Below are positions 41,506 to 51,085 of a stretch of DNA of 64,000 bases, in pieces. The DNA comes from Escherichia phage VEc74. Every line of letters begins with the position of its first letter. Position 1 is the stretch's first letter. Where the stretch lies: sequence record MT932213.1; one strand, given 5' to 3'. The notes under the pieces were generated by a model that was not told the DNA's origin, did no database searches, and saw nothing but the letters and a program-made list of their open reading frames with translations. The position numbers and the translations under genes were made by a program.

Positions 41506-43770
41506 TCATAATTTACAGGATGAACAATCTTCAGCTTTTGGAGTTTCTATTTCATAATCATCAGTACCAGAACCATCACGGGTATTATGATAATAGAAAT
41601 TTTTTCCGCCAAAATACCAGAAATACAAAAGGTCATCAATCATTATTGACATTGGAACCTTTCCCTTTGGAAAAATCTGCGGATCATAGTATGTATTTGC
41701 TGAAGCTGATTGACATACCCATTTCAGCATAATAGCTACCTGCGTAAGATAAGGTTTATTACCTTTCTTAGCTAATTTCCATGTATAATCATATAGGTCT
41801 ATGTTATGCTCAATATTGGGCACGACTTGATTAAAGGAGCCCTCTTTTGATTCTTTAACAGAGACTGGTCCACGTGGAGGCTCGATACCGTTTGTACTGT
41901 TAGAAACTTGGGAAGATGACTCACATGGCATAAGTGCTGATAATGTGCTATTACGGATGCCAAAGAGCTTAAGGTCTTCCCGCAGCGACGACCAGTCACA
42001 AACGTATTTTGGAGCTGCGATTTGGTCAATCTTTTTATTGTACCAGTCGATAGGTAATTCGCCTCGAGACCAACGAGTGTCTGAATAATATTCGCAAGGT
42101 CCTTTTTCTTTGGCGAGCTTAATGGATGCTTTAATGAGTCCATACTGTAATCTCTCAAATAGTTCATGTGTTAAATCGTTAGCATCTTCATAAGAAGCAA
42201 AGTTACTTGCCAGCCAAGCTGCATAGTTAGTAACACCTACACCGAGGTTACGACGCTTTTTAGCTTTTTCTGCTTCAGGAACTGGATATCCTTGGTAATC
42301 CAACAGATTATCAAGAGCACGAACTTGAACTTCTGCCAATTCATTAATTTTATCTTGGTCTTGCCAGTCAAAATTATCTAGTACGAATGCAGAGAGAGTA
42401 CACAATCCAATTTCAGCATCAGGACTATTTACATCATTTGTTGGAATAGCAATTTCACAACACAAGTTACTCTGACGAATAGGTGCCTTTTCACGAATAA
42501 ACGGAGTATAGTTATTCGTATTATCAATGAACTGTACATAAATCCTTGCTGTTCCTGAACGTTCAGTCATGAGCAATTCAAATAATTCACGGGCTTTAAT
42601 ACGCTTTTTACGAATATTAGGGTCTTTTTCTGCTGCTTCGTATAATTCACGGAAACGGTCTTGGTCTTTAAAATAAGAATAATAAAGCTCTCCACCCATT
42701 TCATGCGGACTGAACAAAGTAATGTAATCGTTCTTTCCAAAACGTTCCATCATTAGGTCATTCAGTTGAACACCATAATCCATATGACGGATACGGTTTT
42801 CTTCTACGCCTTTGTTATTTTTCAAAACGAGAAGATTTTCAACTTCCAAATGCCAAATAGGATAATAAGCAGTAGCAGCGCCGCCACGAATTCCACCCTG
42901 TGAACATGATTTAACTGCAGTCTGAAAATGTTTCCAAAAAGGAATAACACCAGTATGGCGTACTTCACCCATGCCAATCTTAGAACCTTCGGCACGAATC
43001 ATACCAACGTTAATACCAATTCCAGCGCGTTTAGAGATATATTCAACAATTGAAGCGGAAGCCTTATTGATAGACTTTAATGAATCACCTGCCTCAATAA
43101 CAACACATGAACTAAACTGTCGAGTCGGAGTACGGCAACCAGCCATAATAGGAGTTGGCAATGAAATCTGTCGAGTAGATACTGCTTCATAAAAACGGAT
43201 AACATGTTTTAATCTATCAACAGGTTCATCTTGATGTAATGCCATTCCAATAGTCATAAATGCAAACTGTGGAGTTTCATAAATTTGACCAGTGGTTTTA
43301 TCTTTAACTAGATATTTTTCTTTTAATTGCATCGCCCCGGAATAAGTAAATTCCATATCCCGCTCGTGCTTAATTTTTGATTCTAAAAATGTAATTTCTT
43401 CTGCTGAATATTTTGACAATAATTCAGGGTCATATTTACCTTCATTTACACAGTAAGAAATATGGTCAATAAATGAACGTGGTTCATACTGCCCATAAAC
43501 ATGCTTACGAAGAGCAAACATTAAACAGCGTGCAGCTACATATTGATAATCAGGCTCTTCAACCGAAATAGAATTCGCAGCGGCCTTAATGACAATAGTC
43601 TGAATATCATCAGTTGTCATTCCATCACGGAGATAAGATTTAATATTTTCATATAATTCATAAGGATCTACTGATGTTCCCTCAGCTGCCCAAGATAAAA
43701 CTTTAATAATTTTTTGTGGGTCAAAGCTCTGAGAAACACCACTACTTTTGATAACATTAATTAATTGCAT
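41506..43770 (-). CDS. nrdA: Ribonucleotide reductase large subunit NrdA
   Basis: 754 aa, class Ia RNR alpha features, T4 size. Confidence 0.95.
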   Translation of the reverse strand: MQLINVIKSSGVSQSFDPQKIIKVLSWAAEGTSVDPYELYENIKSYLRDGMTTDDIQTIVIKAAANSISVEEPDYQYVAARCLMFALRKHVYGQYEPRSFIDHISYCVNEGKYDPELLSKYSAEEITFLESKIKHERDMEFTYSGAMQLKEKYLVKDKTTGQIYETPQFAFMTIGMALHQDEPVDRLKHVIRFYEAVSTRQISLPTPIMAGCRTPTRQFSSCVVIEAGDSLKSINKASASIVEYISKRAGIGINVGMIRAEGSKIGMGEVRHTGVIPFWKHFQTAVKSCSQGGIRGGAATAYYPIWHLEVENLLVLKNNKGVEENRIRHMDYGVQLNDLMMERFGKNDYITLFSPHEMGGELYYSYFKDQDRFRELYEAAEKDPNIRKKRIKARELFELLMTERSGTARIYVQFIDNTNNYTPFIREKAPIRQSNLCCEIAIPTNDVNSPDAEIGLCTLSAFVLDNFDWQDQDKINELAEVQVRALDNLLDYQGYPVPEAEKAKKRRNLGVGVTNYAAWLASNFASYEDANDLTHELFERLQYGLIKASIKLAKEKGPCEYYSDTRWSRGELPIDWYNKKIDQIAAPKYVCDWSSLREDLKLFGIRNSTLSALMPCESSSQVSNSTNGIEPPRGPVSVKESKEGSFNQVVPNIEHNIDLYDYTWKLAKKGNKPYLTQVAIMLKWVCQSASANTYYDPQIFPKGKVPMSIMIDDLLYFWYFGGKNFYYHNTRDGSGTDDYEIETPKAEDCSSCKL

Positions 43771-44087
43771 AAGTCCTCAACTTGAAAATCGTCTTTAAAC
43801 AATCGGTTAACTATATGAGCTATTATATCACCATGACACGGCTTTGGTTTACATGTGCATCCTAGCCTCATTCCACGTAAAGGCTCTAAATGCGCTTTAG
43901 TTATTTCTCCGGATTTAATTCGACGTATAAAATCTTTTTTAAATAATTCAATGGCAGCCTCCCGGCTGCCAGCATCTTTACCGACGTAATTTCCCCAAAA
44001 TGTACCGCGGTGAATATTAACATCAAAGTCGGATTTATATTTATTCACTACCCGGCATAGACGGCCCGCGCGGTGATAATTCAGCAT
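43761..44087 (-). CDS. nrdA.1: Hypothetical protein nrdA.1 (Cys/His-rich)
   Basis: 108-aa ORF with [12 protein letters not shown] motif. Confidence 0.55.
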   Translation of the reverse strand: MLNYHRAGRLCRVVNKYKSDFDVNIHRGTFWGNYVGKDAGSREAAIELFKKDFIRRIKSGEITKAHLEPLRGMRLGCTCKPKPCHGDIIAHIVNRLFKDDFQVEDLCN

Positions 44088-44316
44088 ATTGTTTTTCCGT
44101 CAAAACAGTAATATCGTAGTAACAGTCAGAAGAAGTTTTAACTGTGGAAATTTTATTATCAAAATACTCACGGGTCATTTTATGAGTATAATATTTTTTA
44201 CCATAAATGATAATAGGCTGATTTGGTCCTGGAACTTCTAACTCACTTGGGTTAGGAAGTGTAAAAAGAACGGCACCAGAAGTATCTTTAAATCGTAAAA
44301 TCATATATCCTCTCAA
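44041..44316 (-). CDS. nrdA.2: Hypothetical protein nrdA.2
   Basis: 91-aa ORF. Confidence 0.5.
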   Translation of the reverse strand: MRGYMILRFKDTSGAVLFTLPNPSELEVPGPNQPIIIYGKKYYTHKMTREYFDNKISTVKTSSDCYYDITVLTEKQYAELSPRGPSMPGSE

Positions 44317-44327
44317 TTAAATTAAAA

Positions 44328-45188
44328 TTATACCGCCATCTTTCCTTTAATTGGCGGGTGAGATACATAGTTGTTAAGAACGAAATCTTTAGGTCTAAGT
44401 TTAAGAACATATTTTAATTGTTCTTTAGTAGAAAGATATCGGAATTTATAAGGTAGACCACTTATTACCAGCTCACAAAGCTCTTTAGGTTCACGCCTCA
44501 AAATTTCTTTACACTGTTCTACGTGATTCATATAGATATGAGTATTACCACCAGAAAATATCAAATCTCCTGGAATAAGATTACACATCTTAGCTACAAT
44601 ATGAACTAACGTAGCATATGATGCAATATTAAATGGAAGACCGAGAAAAACATCTACCGAACGTTGATACCACTGCAAATCCAAATAGCCATTACGCACA
44701 TTAAACTGATAGAACATATGACAAGGCGGTAATGCCATATATTTAAGTTCAGCTGGATTCCATGCTGAAACAATTTGACGCCTATCATTTGGCAGTTTTT
44801 TAATACGATCAACAACTTCTATAATTTGGTCTACACCACCAAAATCACGCCACTGTTTTCCATAAATTGGACCAAGTTCACCGCTATGATACCCTAAATC
44901 TTTTGCCTGATTTTCGTAATTTTCATCCCAAACTGTTTTGCCTTGGATTAACGAATCGTGTTGAATTAATCGTAAATCATTGACATTTGTGCTTCCCGAT
45001 AAAAACCATATTAGCTCAGCGATGCAAGCTTTCCAAGCGAGTTTCTTAGTCGTTACTGCAGGAAAACCTTTAGTTAAATCCCAGCGTAATTTAGTACCGA
45101 ACAAAGCAATTGTTCCTGTGCCTGTTCGGTCATCGGTTTCATAGCCATTTTCAAAAATGTCTTTAATTAAATCTTGGTATTGTTTCAT
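44328..45188 (-). CDS. td: Thymidylate synthase (uninterrupted, no intron)
   Basis: Continuous 286-aa ORF MKQYQDLIKDIFENGYETDDRTGTGTIALFG... with catalytic PPCH motif. Confidence 0.96.
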   Translation of the reverse strand: MKQYQDLIKDIFENGYETDDRTGTGTIALFGTKLRWDLTKGFPAVTTKKLAWKACIAELIWFLSGSTNVNDLRLIQHDSLIQGKTVWDENYENQAKDLGYHSGELGPIYGKQWRDFGGVDQIIEVVDRIKKLPNDRRQIVSAWNPAELKYMALPPCHMFYQFNVRNGYLDLQWYQRSVDVFLGLPFNIASYATLVHIVAKMCNLIPGDLIFSGGNTHIYMNHVEQCKEILRREPKELCELVISGLPYKFRYLSTKEQLKYVLKLRPKDFVLNNYVSHPPIKGKMAV

Positions 45189-45191
45189 TTA
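45183..45191. repeat. 9-bp direct repeat TAAATGAAA (minus-strand sense), right copy at td start
   Basis: Forward tttcattta; includes the td ATG. Confidence 0.6.
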
Positions 45192-45233
45192 GTACCTTAT
45201 ATAAATTATAATACATTTTATGAAGCTAAATAA

Positions 45234-45593
45234 TCAATACGGTTTAGCATCAAATTTTCTTTCGATTTCAGGAGTGAAATATAATTCTTTACCGCGTTTA
45301 GAAAAGCGACCAATAATATGATAATTATTCTCATCAAACGTAATATTGCCAATATCCATGGCTTTCAACCAAATATCGATATTTCTATCCAGTTTTATAT
45401 CAAAATTCCAATACGGAGAACTATTACCGAAAATACTGCAAGCGGATTCAGTGAAACAACTACTATAAATCTTGTCTTTAGGAACTACTAATTGATAGAC
45501 GCCTTTAATAAACTGAGGACCCTGCCATTTAGGTTGTTTCGCGTCTTTTTCTAATAGAATAGGGTAATAATTAAAATTCATATTTTCCGCCAC
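45234..45593 (-). CDS. Hypothetical protein encoded by an insertion between frd and td
   Basis: 115-119 aa ORF (GTG at 45593 or ATG at 45581); no recognisable motif; lies inside a ~408-bp segment flanked by 9-bp direct repeats. Confidence 0.55.
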   Translation of the reverse strand: MAENMNFNYYPILLEKDAKQPKWQGPQFIKGVYQLVVPKDKIYSSCFTESACSIFGNSSPYWNFDIKLDRNIDIWLKAMDIGNITFDENNYHIIGRFSKRGKELYFTPEIERKFDAKPY

Positions 45594-45599
45594 GTGTTA

Positions 45600-46428
<829 letters not shown>

Positions 46429-46438
46429 ATTATTTTCC

Positions 46439-46681
46439 TTAAACAGACTTTTTCACAATTTTCCAATCAGCTTTAAACTGCTCGACGTCAGAATGGTAAA
46501 TCCAGAATCCTGCGCTTTCTCCGTCTTCATAAAGAGGACATCCATCACATTCATCTTCCCACCCCATGTCACGTAAAAGATGTTCAGCTTTTTCAACAAG
46601 TTCAGAATCTTTACCGATGATATTAAAATACCATTTACCTCTAACTTCCGAATCTTTGATGCTATGGCGTTGTAATCTCAT
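46439..46681 (-). CDS. frd.2: Hypothetical protein frd.2
   Basis: 80-aa ORF with early promoter upstream. Confidence 0.55.
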   Translation of the reverse strand: MRLQRHSIKDSEVRGKWYFNIIGKDSELVEKAEHLLRDMGWEDECDGCPLYEDGESAGFWIYHSDVEQFKADWKIVKKSV

Positions 46682-46707
46682 TTTATTCTCCTCAAGTTGA
46701 TAAGGCT

Positions 46708-46737
46708 ATAGTATCATTACAATAGCCTGTTGTAAAC
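46708..46737 (-). promoter_or_regulatory. T4 early promoter (GTTTACA-N17-TACTAT) with overlapping stem-loop, upstream of frd.2
   Basis: Minus strand GTTTACAACAGGCTATTGTAATGATACTAT; inverted repeat AGGCTAT...ATAGCCT spans the spacer/-10. Confidence 0.55.
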
Positions 46738-46739
46738 AT

Positions 46740-46967
46740 TTATTTTTGAATTAAGCCCATATAAAATTTAGCATCTTCAGGATACATGCCATCACAATAC
46801 TCATTGGTCATAAAACTGATAAGGTCTTCAAGAGGACCTTGGACTTCAATTTGAATACTAAAGAATTGGGTATCTTTAATGTAAGCCATACTCAAAGAAG
46901 GATAACGATTGCGGATAACTTCATAAGTGTATTCAAAATCAACAATATCAATATTAACCTTAGCCAT
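46740..46967 (-). CDS. Small hypothetical protein, paralog A (frd.3-like)
   Basis: ~75 aa from [13 protein letters not shown]...; SD GAGGAAAA; early promoter upstream; paralogous to 47436..47666. Confidence 0.55.
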   Translation of the reverse strand: MAKVNIDIVDFEYTYEVIRNRYPSLSMAYIKDTQFFSIQIEVQGPLEDLISFMTNEYCDGMYPEDAKFYMGLIQK

Positions 46968-46996
46968 TTTATTTTCCTCATGTAGTTGATAGGGTA

Positions 46997-47026
46997 ATAG
47001 TATCACACTATTACCATGATGTAAAC
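46997..47026 (-). promoter_or_regulatory. T4 early promoter (GTTTACA-N17-TACTAT) with stem-loop, upstream of paralog A
   Basis: Minus strand GTTTACATCATGGTAATAGTGTGATACTAT; inverted repeat GGTAATAG...CTATTACC. Confidence 0.55.
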
Positions 47027-47391
47027 TACTTTTTGAAAGTTTTTCGCAAAAGTTCAATGATTTCATCTACATTGTTTTCGTCTACAATGCAGTGAATTTT
47101 TGTTACGCCAGAAACTGTGTCTTCGGCTCCATCTTCTTCAGAAGTCGGTTCTTTATACTCGCGAAAACAATGAAATTCGTCTTCACAAACGTTAAAGTAA
47201 AAATGCTTTCCATTTGCGCATTCAATGTGTTTTATTACTCTAAATCCATCAACAAAGAAAGCTTCTTTAACTTCAAACCATCCACCATTTTCTTGAATAA
47301 TTTTAACTATTGATGAATTAGAACGTGGGCGATAATTAATAAATGTATCAATAAGTCTTGGAACAAGCTCATACTTTTTGCCAATATACAT
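47026..47391 (-). CDS. Hypothetical protein
   Basis: 121-aa ORF between the two paralogs. Confidence 0.5.
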   Translation of the reverse strand: MYIGKKYELVPRLIDTFINYRPRSNSSIVKIIQENGGWFEVKEAFFVDGFRVIKHIECANGKHFYFNVCEDEFHCFREYKEPTSEEDGAEDTVSGVTKIHCIVDENNVDEIIELLRKTFKK

Positions 47392-47435
47392 TACGTTTTC
47401 CTCATTTTAACGGGGCTGTAATAGCCCCTTGATAA

Positions 47436-47666
47436 TTATTGTTCAATCAATCCCATGTAAAATTCTGCGTCTTCAGAATCCATACCATCACAATATTCAT
47501 TAGCCATAAAGCGGGTGAGGTCTTCAAGAGGACCTTCAATGACAATAGAAAAATTGCAATAATTGGGATCATCGTGAATACTTGTGATACTAAGTTCAGG
47601 ATAACGATTACGAATAATCTCTTCAATATATTCAAAATCAACGATGTCAATATCAACTTTAGCCAT
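47436..47666 (-). CDS. Small hypothetical protein, paralog B
   Basis: ~76 aa from [13 protein letters not shown]...; SD GAGGAAAA; early promoter upstream. Confidence 0.55.
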   Translation of the reverse strand: MAKVDIDIVDFEYIEEIIRNRYPELSITSIHDDPNYCNFSIVIEGPLEDLTRFMANEYCDGMDSEDAEFYMGLIEQ

Positions 47667-47709
47667 ATTATTTTCCTCTTTAATCATCAGCAGTATTGCC
47701 GATAGTTGT

Positions 47710-47739
47710 ATAGTACCACAGCATGCTTTGGTTGTAAAC
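47710..47739 (-). promoter_or_regulatory. T4 early promoter (GTTTACA-N17-TACTAT) upstream of paralog B
   Basis: Minus strand GTTTACAACCAAAGCATGCTGTGGTACTAT. Confidence 0.55.
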
Positions 47740-47769
47740 CGTTTTGTGAAAAAATTTTTGAAATAAAAA

Positions 47770-47788
47770 AGGGGACCTCTAGGGTCCC
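47770..47788 (-). terminator. Hairpin GGGGACC-loop-GGUCCCC plus U-tract downstream of gene 32
   Basis: Perfect 7-bp stem; A-run on forward strand equals T-run on minus strand after the stem. Confidence 0.7.
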
Positions 47789-47811
47789 CAATTAATTAGT
47801 AATATAATCTA

Positions 47812-48720
47812 TTAAAGGTCATTCAAAAGGTCATCCAGGTCCGTGTCATCAGCACTAGATGAACTGCCAGAGCTTGAGCTCATAAAATCATCTTCAGTTT
47901 TTGTTTTGAAGTCATCAACATTGAATGCATCCAAATCATCAGCAACTTTATCAGCTTTCTTAGCGGCAGTTGCTGCGGCACCACCCATAGCAGCAGTTCC
48001 CATAACTTGACTGAACTTAGTGCTCAGTTCTTCAAACGATTTGAATTTATCTTTAGAAGTCATTTCAGAAAGGTCAACCATTTGTTCGAACAGTTCTTTC
48101 TGGAAAGATTCATCATCAATGTTTGGAATCGCAGATTGATTCAGGAATTTAGATTCATCGTAGTTACTAAAACCAGAAACTTGTTTAACTTTCAGTACAA
48201 AGTTAGCACCTTCCCACGGACAAGTTACATCAACTGGAGTTTCACCCATTTCAACATCAACCGCAATCATTGCATTGATTTTATCCCAGATTTTCTTACC
48301 GAAACGGTATTTAAATACTTTACCTTCGTTTTCTGGAGCAGCTGGGTCTTTTACAACAAGAATATTAGCCCAGTAAGAAGTTTTACGTTTAACAAGACTG
48401 TACTCTTTATTGTCAGTGTTGTACAGATCATTTTTACTAATGTATTGACATACTGGGCAAGAATCGTAATCACCGTGGGTAGATGAACAATTTTCGATAT
48501 ACCATTTACCGTTTTTCTTGAAACCGTGATTTACAAGAATTGCGAATGGTGCTTGTTCATCATTTTTAGACGGAAGAAAACGAATTACTGCTTGACCGTT
48601 ACCCGCATTGTCGAGTTTCAGTTTCCACTCGCCTTTATCTTCAGAAGAAAAACCACCTTTATTTCCAGCCAGTTTAGCCATTTGTGCAGCGAGTTCAGCA
48701 GTAGATTTACGTTTAAACAT
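47812..48720 (-). CDS. 32: Single-stranded DNA-binding protein gp32
   Basis: 302-aa [55 protein letters not shown]... matches T4 gp32. Confidence 0.97.
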   Translation of the reverse strand: MFKRKSTAELAAQMAKLAGNKGGFSSEDKGEWKLKLDNAGNGQAVIRFLPSKNDEQAPFAILVNHGFKKNGKWYIENCSSTHGDYDSCPVCQYISKNDLYNTDNKEYSLVKRKTSYWANILVVKDPAAPENEGKVFKYRFGKKIWDKINAMIAVDVEMGETPVDVTCPWEGANFVLKVKQVSGFSNYDESKFLNQSAIPNIDDESFQKELFEQMVDLSEMTSKDKFKSFEELSTKFSQVMGTAAMGGAAATAAKKADKVADDLDAFNVDDFKTKTEDDFMSSSSGSSSSADDTDLDDLLNDL

Positions 48721-48790
48721 TTTTATTTCCTTTTTAATTTAATTAACAGTTGGTGCTATGACGATGTATGACCTCATAGCTGGTCAGTGA
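48721..48790 (-). promoter_or_regulatory. Gene 32 mRNA leader / translational operator (autogenous repression site)
   Basis: Minus-strand leader ends UUAAUUAAAUUAAAAAGGAAAUAAAA-AUG, the unstructured A/U-rich operator known for T4 gene 32. Confidence 0.65.
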
Positions 48791-48819
48791 GATAATTATA
48801 ATCTATTTATAATAAGCAA

Positions 48820-49473
48820 TTAATACTTGCAAGATTTCACAGTTTCAATGAAAACATTTTTAGCTTTCTGTGAATCAATATTTAAAATTTTTCTATAAGC
48901 CTTTAACTTTATAGAATAATTATTCCAGACTAAATTATCAGTCTGTTCATCATGTTTATCAATTATATTTAAAAATGAATCAAGCAAGATAAACGTCTCA
49001 AACGAAATTATGTTCGATTGCAGAAGTTTAAAAATATAACTTGATTGAACTTTTGGATTATACTCAAAAATTTCTTTAAAAGCAGAAACTTCAACTTTTT
49101 TACTAAAATAATAAATGTTGCGAATATCTTCTTCAAACTTAAATTTAATTTGCTTTAAGCGTCCGATATATTCACGATAAAACACAAGTGCATCAGCGTC
49201 AGAGATGTCACCAATCCAAGCATCTTGGTTAGCAACAAGATTGCTTATAAAGATTAAAGCAAGTTCCTTTAATTTATATTTTTCTGATAACTTCTGGAAA
49301 AAATACTTATCCCTTCGCTTTTGATAAGCGGCATCAGACACCCGCATGCACCAATTATACTTAATTACATCATACTTTCCATTCATATGTTGTTTTATCA
49401 TTAAGTATAATTTATAAACTGATTTACCATCAATGTATCTTTCACCACCAGCAGGCATGCGGAGTTTAATCAT
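48820..49473 (-). CDS. 59: Helicase loader gp59
   Basis: 217 aa, T4 size and synteny. Confidence 0.9.
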   Translation of the reverse strand: MIKLRMPAGGERYIDGKSVYKLYLMIKQHMNGKYDVIKYNWCMRVSDAAYQKRRDKYFFQKLSEKYKLKELALIFISNLVANQDAWIGDISDADALVFYREYIGRLKQIKFKFEEDIRNIYYFSKKVEVSAFKEIFEYNPKVQSSYIFKLLQSNIISFETFILLDSFLNIIDKHDEQTDNLVWNNYSIKLKAYRKILNIDSQKAKNVFIETVKSCKY

Positions 49474-49808
49474 AGTAGAAAATCTAATGTATTAGTTTTT
49501 TCACAACGAACAACAGAAGGACGTAAAAGATTTTCGTCAATAGCTTCTGACTGAATTTTTTCAATTATACCCGAAGGAATAAATTTAGCAAATTGAGTTT
49601 CAGGAATAGAATTTTCTTCTAAGAATGCTGTTGTAGCTTCAAGATAACTCATACCAAACTCTTCTACCATTTTTTCAATAATAAATCCATTTTCTTGACG
49701 ATCAAGAAGCTTTGCTATTTCATCCTTTTCTTTCTTAATTGAAAGTTCTTTTTCTGAAAGACCGGTCTCATCGACCGGACGAATATCATTTAGAGAAAAC
49801 TGTGTCAT
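49470..49808 (-). CDS. 33: Late transcription co-activator gp33
   Basis: MTQFSLNDIRPVDETGLSEKELSIKKEKDEIAKLLD...; 112 aa from internal Met. Confidence 0.88.
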   Translation of the reverse strand: MTQFSLNDIRPVDETGLSEKELSIKKEKDEIAKLLDRQENGFIIEKMVEEFGMSYLEATTAFLEENSIPETQFAKFIPSGIIEKIQSEAIDENLLRPSVVRCEKTNTLDFLL

Positions 49809-50055
49809 AAAGTTCAACTACCTCTTCAGTTTCAGCTTCAAACACATCACGGTTATCTTTATGATACAAAGCTAATAGACGATTAAACATCTTACCATCA
49901 ACGCCAAGTTCATCTTTGGCACGAATTCGAATATCTTTAATCAGTTCATTATAACCGGAAATTTTCAGTTTATGATCAGATGCTTCTTTAATAAATTTAG
50001 CCAAGTCTTCGCCATGGATAGCTTCATCAAATTCAACCATTTCTTTTTTAGCCAT
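49786..50055 (-). CDS. dsbA: Double-stranded DNA-binding protein DsbA
   Basis: 89 aa, T4 size and position. Confidence 0.8.
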   Translation of the reverse strand: MAKKEMVEFDEAIHGEDLAKFIKEASDHKLKISGYNELIKDIRIRAKDELGVDGKMFNRLLALYHKDNRDVFEAETEEVVELYDTVFSK

Positions 50056-50063
50056 TATTCACC

Positions 50064-50981
50064 TCAAAATTCATTAATGCTATTAGTTAATTTAGAAAGA
50101 CCCGCTTTTACAAAATATGAATAAATTTTGCCACGCGGTGGTAATTTATATGAATTATAGTAATTCACAATGTTTGAAGCAATATTATCAGGAATATAAT
50201 CAAAATCAATTAGAACTAAATTTTCTTTATAACGATTATATTCAGATTCTGTGAGAAGCACCTTAGCTTGCTCACGGTCATTAGCAATAGCTTCAACGAT
50301 TGAAGTTTTCATTGAAGGAGTTCGTTCACCTTCAACTCTGGTAAACCAAAAGTCAGATCGTACTTTAACTGAAGCAACGTTATCCTTTTTGTCGCCTTTA
50401 AGAATTTTAGTCATACAGTCAATTTCAGCAGAACCGCTTTTAATTTTAACCCATTTCTTATGCATCGGAGACCATTGCTTAACATTTGGATATTTGTGAA
50501 GCTGTGTAAAGTCACCATCAGATGAAATGATTAAAATTTTATGTCCTTCTAAAGAGAACTTTTTAACAAGAACAGCAATGTGGTCATCTGCTTCATACTT
50601 ATCAATATCCATAACAATGTATGGCATATAAGCTTTTAATTCATCTATAACTTTATGGCTGGATTCAAAATAACCTTCCCAGTCCCAAGTAGATTCTTCT
50701 CGCGCTTTTCCACGGTTTTTCTTATAGTAATAAGCGAAATCACGACGCCAGTATCCAGATTTCGCGTTATCAATACACAGTACAATTTTAGTGTATCCAA
50801 GCGTTTTTGCTTTTTTGACATTAAACTTAATTGAGTTCAATATCAAATGACGAACCATTGATAAATTAATTTTTTCTTTATCTGGGAAGTTTACAAGAGC
50901 AGTTGAAAGCGCAATTTGACTAAAGTCAATAAAGCAAATTCCTTCTTTGTAGTCTTCATCCAGCATCATTTCTAAATCCAT
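50064..50981 (-). CDS. rnh: RNase H (5'-3' exonuclease / flap endonuclease)
   Basis: MDLEMMLDEDYKEGICFIDFSQIALSTALVN...; 305 aa from internal Met. Confidence 0.92.
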   Translation of the reverse strand: MDLEMMLDEDYKEGICFIDFSQIALSTALVNFPDKEKINLSMVRHLILNSIKFNVKKAKTLGYTKIVLCIDNAKSGYWRRDFAYYYKKNRGKAREESTWDWEGYFESSHKVIDELKAYMPYIVMDIDKYEADDHIAVLVKKFSLEGHKILIISSDGDFTQLHKYPNVKQWSPMHKKWVKIKSGSAEIDCMTKILKGDKKDNVASVKVRSDFWFTRVEGERTPSMKTSIVEAIANDREQAKVLLTESEYNRYKENLVLIDFDYIPDNIASNIVNYYNSYKLPPRGKIYSYFVKAGLSKLTNSINEF

Positions 50982-51043
50982 ATGAACCTCGTTCAATTAG
51001 TGAGATTTCTATTATATACCATCCAAATCTTAAAGTAAACAAG

Positions 51044-51051
51044 TATAAATA
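51044..51051 (+). promoter_or_regulatory. T4 late promoter motif TATAAATA (gene 34)
   Basis: Exact consensus ~35 nt upstream of gene 34 ATG. Confidence 0.6.
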
Positions 51052-51085
51052 CTTATTATTGAAAACACAATAGGAGCCCGGGAGA

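Noticed and set aside
46968-47066. N-terminal extensions of the two paralogous small genes (also 47667..47687)
   Set aside because: The extensions contain the early promoter -10/-35 elements; real starts are the MAKV... methionines with GAGGAAAA SDs.
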